Shown piece after piece: positions 60,238-64,000 of a stretch of 64,000 nt of DNA. Source of the stretch: Centroscyllium fabricii (taxonomy: Eukaryota); NCBI GenBank assembly GCA_051313645.2, contig JBNRSN020000007.1, positions 35,526,001 through 35,590,000 on the forward strand. Direction: 5' to 3'. Made by a program: the position numbers and the translations under genes. The notes beneath the pieces were generated by a model. That model saw only the letters and a list, made by a program, of their open reading frames with translations. It was not told where the DNA came from and did not search any database. Within the stretch, counting starts at the first letter, position 1. Each line of letters opens with the position of its first letter.

Positions 60238-62003
60238 ATCAAAGTTTGCAGACAATACAAAGATGGGAGGGAGTGTGATGAGTGAGGAGGACATTAAAAA
60301 CCTGCAAAAGGACATAGACAGGCTAAATGAGTGGGCAGAGATTTGGCAGATGCAATATAATACTGGTTGAGCACCGGTAATCCGGCACTGGCGGGACCAG
60401 GCCGGTGCCGGGAAAGTGAAAATCCCGAACGATTGAAGCTTCGGCGAGTGCATGCGCAGACCATTCAAAATGGCTGCCGCGAAAGGCCGGTGGTCATTTT
60501 GAGTGGTCTGCGCATGCGCATATCGTTCGGCTTGGTAAGGCCCGGATCGGGAAGGCGAGGCCCGGCTCGGAAAGCCCCGGCCCGGTAAGGCGAGGCCGGG
60601 CTAGGGAAGGCTCGGTAAGGCGAAGCACTGGCCCAGCTCGGGAAGGCAAGGCCCGGCTTGGGAAGCTCCGGCCCGGCTCGGGAAGGGGAGGCCTGGCTCG
60701 GGAAGCCCCGGCTCGGGAAGGCGAGGCCTGGCTCGGGAAGGTTTGGTAAGGCGAGCCGAAGCCCGGCTCGGGAAGCCCCGGCCCGGCTCGGGAAGGCGAA
60801 GCTCCGGCTCGGTAAGGCGAGGCTCGGGATCGTTCGGCAGATCATTAAAAGCTTCGCGGTGGCCATTGTGAATGATTGGCACATGCGCTCGCCGTTTGGC
60901 AGCGCATGCGCAGATCATTTACTGAATCATCAATCGCGGCGGCCATTTTGCGCATGTGCAGGGCAGTCGGGGCAATTTGTTCAGAAGACTGAAGCTGCCG
61001 GCTTTTCGGGTAATGGATTAACGGTGCACAATCTGTAGTGGAAAGTGTGAGATTATGCACTTTGGTAGGAAAAATCATAGAGCGAGTTATTATCTTAATG
61101 GAAAGTACTTCAGTACAAAGGGATCTGGGGGTCCTGGTGCAGGAAACACAAAAAGTTAGTATGCAGGTGCAGCAGGTGGTCAGGAAGGCCAACGGAATGT
61201 TGGCTTTTATTGCTAAGGGGATGGAGTATAAAAGCAGGGAGGTCTTGCTGCAGTTGTACAGGGTATTGGTGAGACCACACCTGGAGTACTGCGTGCAGTT
61301 CTGGTATCCATATTTAAGAAAAGACATTCTTGCTCTCGAGGCAGTGCAAAGAAGGTTCACTTGGTTAATCCCGGGGATGAAGGGGCTGACATATGAGGAG
61401 AGGTTGAGTAGATTGGGCCTCTACTCGTTGGAGTTCAGAAGAATGAGAGGCGATCTTATTGAAACATATAAGCTTCTGATGCGGTGAGGATGTTCCCAAT
61501 GGTGGGTAAAACTAGGACTAGGGGGCATAATCTTAAAATAAAGGGCTGCCATTTCAAAACTGAGATGAGGTGAAACTTCTTCACTCAGAGGGTGGTGAGG
61601 CTGTGGAATTTGCTGCCCCAGAGAGCTGTGGAAGCTACAGCATTGAATACATTTAAAACAGAGATAGACAGTTTCCTAGAAGTAAAGGGAATTAGGGGTT
61701 ACGGTGAGCGGGCAGGAAAGTGGACGTGAGGCTAGGTTCAGATCGGCCATGTGATCTCCTGGACGAGTTTCGATTGCCTAGATGGGTCAGAGAGGAATTT
61801 CCCAGAATTTTTCTCCCAAATTGGCCACTGGGTTTTTTACCTGTGTTTTCGCCTCTCCCGGGAGATCACATGGGTTCAGGTGGGATGGAGAGTGAAAGTA
61901 GATTTGAGGTTAGGATCAGATCAGCCATGATCTTGTTGAATGGCGGAGCAGGCTCGAGGGGCCGATTGGCCGACTCCTGCTCCCATTTCTTATGTTCTTA
62001 TGT
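60238..62003 (+). mobile_element. CR1 3' fragment split by a MITE
   Basis: ISKFADNTK...WQMQYN (60238-60362) resumes at 61036; same subfamily as 652-1385. Confidence 0.92.
60363..61035. mobile_element. pogo/Tigger-like MITE with about 20-bp GC-rich minisatellite
   Basis: TA-CTGGTTGAGCACCGGTAATCC...GGATTAACGGTGCACAATCTG-TA; units like GCCCGGCTCGGGAAGGCGAG at 60525-60830. Confidence 0.88.
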
Positions 62004-62355
62004 TCACAGCCAATGAATTATTAGTCACTATTGGGCAAATGCAACAACCAAATTGTGCATTGATGCACAAAATGTAGTGAGATAACTGGCAAGTTAACTT
62101 TTTTTCTGTTGATAAATATTGGCCAAGACCCTGGGAGAATTACTCTGCTCTTGTTCAGCTGGTGACGTTGGATCTTTTGCATCCACTTGAATCGCACAGG
62201 ATCTCAGATTAATGTCTCGTCCAATCCCAAAGGGAACGCCCACATCTTCTCCGTAACTGAAGCTGTCACCTCTTTTGTGTCAATCACTTCTGTTCCCCTC
62301 AACAACTCTTAACTCTCCATAAAGCCCTAGTTCATCCATTACTTGAATACTCACG

Positions 62356-62720
62356 GAAACACAGAAGATAGGAGCAGGAGTCGGCCCTTCGAGCCTGCTC
62401 CGCCATTTTGATGAGATCATGGCTGATCATCCAAACCCAGCACCCCCCGCTCCTACCCTCTCCCCATATCCCCCGACACCCCCAACTCCAAGAACTATAT
62501 CTCACACACATACTCATGGGCAATATTTAGGATCTCCAATTCACCTAACCTGCATGTCTTTGGGTGGTGGGAGGAAACCGGAGTACCCGGAGGAAACCCC
62601 CACGAACACGGGGAGAACATGCAAACTCCACGCAGAGAGGTCCCAGGCCAAGCAGGATTCGAACCCAGGAGCTCCTTATTGCGAGGCAGCAGTGCTAACC
62701 ACTGCGCCACCGTGTCGTCC
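62356..62720 (-). mobile_element. V-SINE family 2
   Basis: Matches 34843-35218. Confidence 0.88.
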
Positions 62721-63452
62721 CGCTGCTCCCATAGCTGTGGTGATTCTTTTAACACAGCTCTTGCATTCCTGGCGATGATGCAAGAAAAACGCTTGCTTTC
62801 TGATCACTGATTCCCCCCTCTCGCCTTTAGCTTCTAACCATGCTCCTGCTTTTACAGCCTTTCTTTCACTTTTAACAATATTACTGCGGTTGGTGCTCCA
62901 CTCAACGTTCCTCTAAATGTTCTAATAAACTCCAAATATCCCCAACTACACCCGCTTCTCCTTTCCATATCCACATTGTGTTGAAATCCAAACTCACGCC
63001 ACAATCTCCTACTCTACCTTGTCTTTTCCCAGGATCTTAAACTGAAAGACCTTGTCTCCCTCTTTACTTCCTAGAATCTTGAAGCATTTGAAGCCCAAGC
63101 TTTATCTAATAATTAATGATTGATCTTGTCTGCTCTCCTTTTTTTAAATGCGATAGCAAAATACTGCGGATGCTGGAAATCCAAAATAACAACAGAAAAT
63201 GCTGGAGAAACTCAGCAGGCCAGGCAGCATCGGTGATGACAGAAACGGATTGACACCTATCCTGAGCCATCCTGTGTTCCTTGAATTTCTCCTAATGTCT
63301 CTTCTCTCCCGCCTTCTAGCCTGTTGCTGATCTTTCCTTTGTTCTTTCAGCCCCCCCCCCCCCTTTTCCCTAGCCCCTACTAGATTTCAAATCTATTCCC
63401 CCCCCCATCTGGCTTCTCCAGTTCTGAAGAAAGATCTTCGACCTGAAGCATT

Positions 63453-64000
63453 GGGGGCGATTTTCATGTCCCCGTGAGGCGGGGTTTTCGGCGGGTCGGC
63501 TGTCAAAATCATGGAACCGGCGGGTCGTGACCCCCCCCCCCCCCGCCAGATCCCCGCCGCTTTGACATTTCCCCCCGCCCTGACTCCCCGCCCCGAAACC
63601 TTGCGGCCGGCGGGGATGGGTTGTCACCTGGTTAAGGGCCCTTAATTGGCATGTGTAATGCCATTTTAAGGGCCCTTCTGAATTTTCATCCCATTCCCAC
63701 CCTAACCCCGCCAGCCTAAAACCCCACTGGTGAAACCCAGCGGGAGCACAGCGCTGTTAATTACTTTCTCCTTCAAGGTGTTGAAGGACATGCTGCAAAA
63801 TGCAGTAAGTAAGCCACTCCATGGTGGGTACACTAGCTGTGGACAAAAACTGAGAAATCTCAGCTTTGCACATTTCCTGACAGCCGGTGCCGAGCTGTCA
63901 AGGATTCGGAGCCACCCCACCTGTCAGTCACTAGCACTTGACCTTTCCCATTGGTTCCACTCGACTGTGATGGGAACTGTCAACAATGAGTGCTGGAACT
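63453..64000. mobile_element. PIF/Harbinger-like MITE family A (runs off window)
   Basis: Homologous to 39538-40130. Confidence 0.8.

Overview
Repeat-dense vertebrate genomic DNA, almost certainly a shark/ray (HE1-type V-SINEs sharing 3' tails with CR1/HER1-like LINEs, Penelope remnants, Deu-domain SINEs). One host gene can be rebuilt by hand on the + strand: six frame-consistent exons (20521-56550) encoding a divergent PXA-domain, sorting-nexin-like protein, with a GC-AG intron. The rest is mobile DNA: (i) a minus-strand endogenous retrovirus-like provirus (1-6543) with a tRNA-Gln PBS, no recognisable gag/pol and apparently two different envelope-like remnants in tandem; (ii) two Gypsy LTR retrotransposons (29305-33034, RT-deleted; 41849-46508, near full length) plus related solo LTRs; (iii) at least nine TA-flanked pogo/Tigger-like MITEs with shared termini but different interiors; (iv) Harbinger- and hAT-like MITEs, CR1, L2, Rex1 and Vingi-like LINE fragments; (v) a local inverted duplication (about 11.8-16.5 kb) whose arms supply empty sites for later insertions. 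Most notable signal: both Gypsy elements lack a tRNA primer-binding site; in its place is a 13-14 nt sequence perfectly complementary, with compensatory changes between families, to the LTR's own polyadenylation-signal region, and both also have a conserved hairpin covering the polypurine tract. All calls are by eye; no database searches were run.
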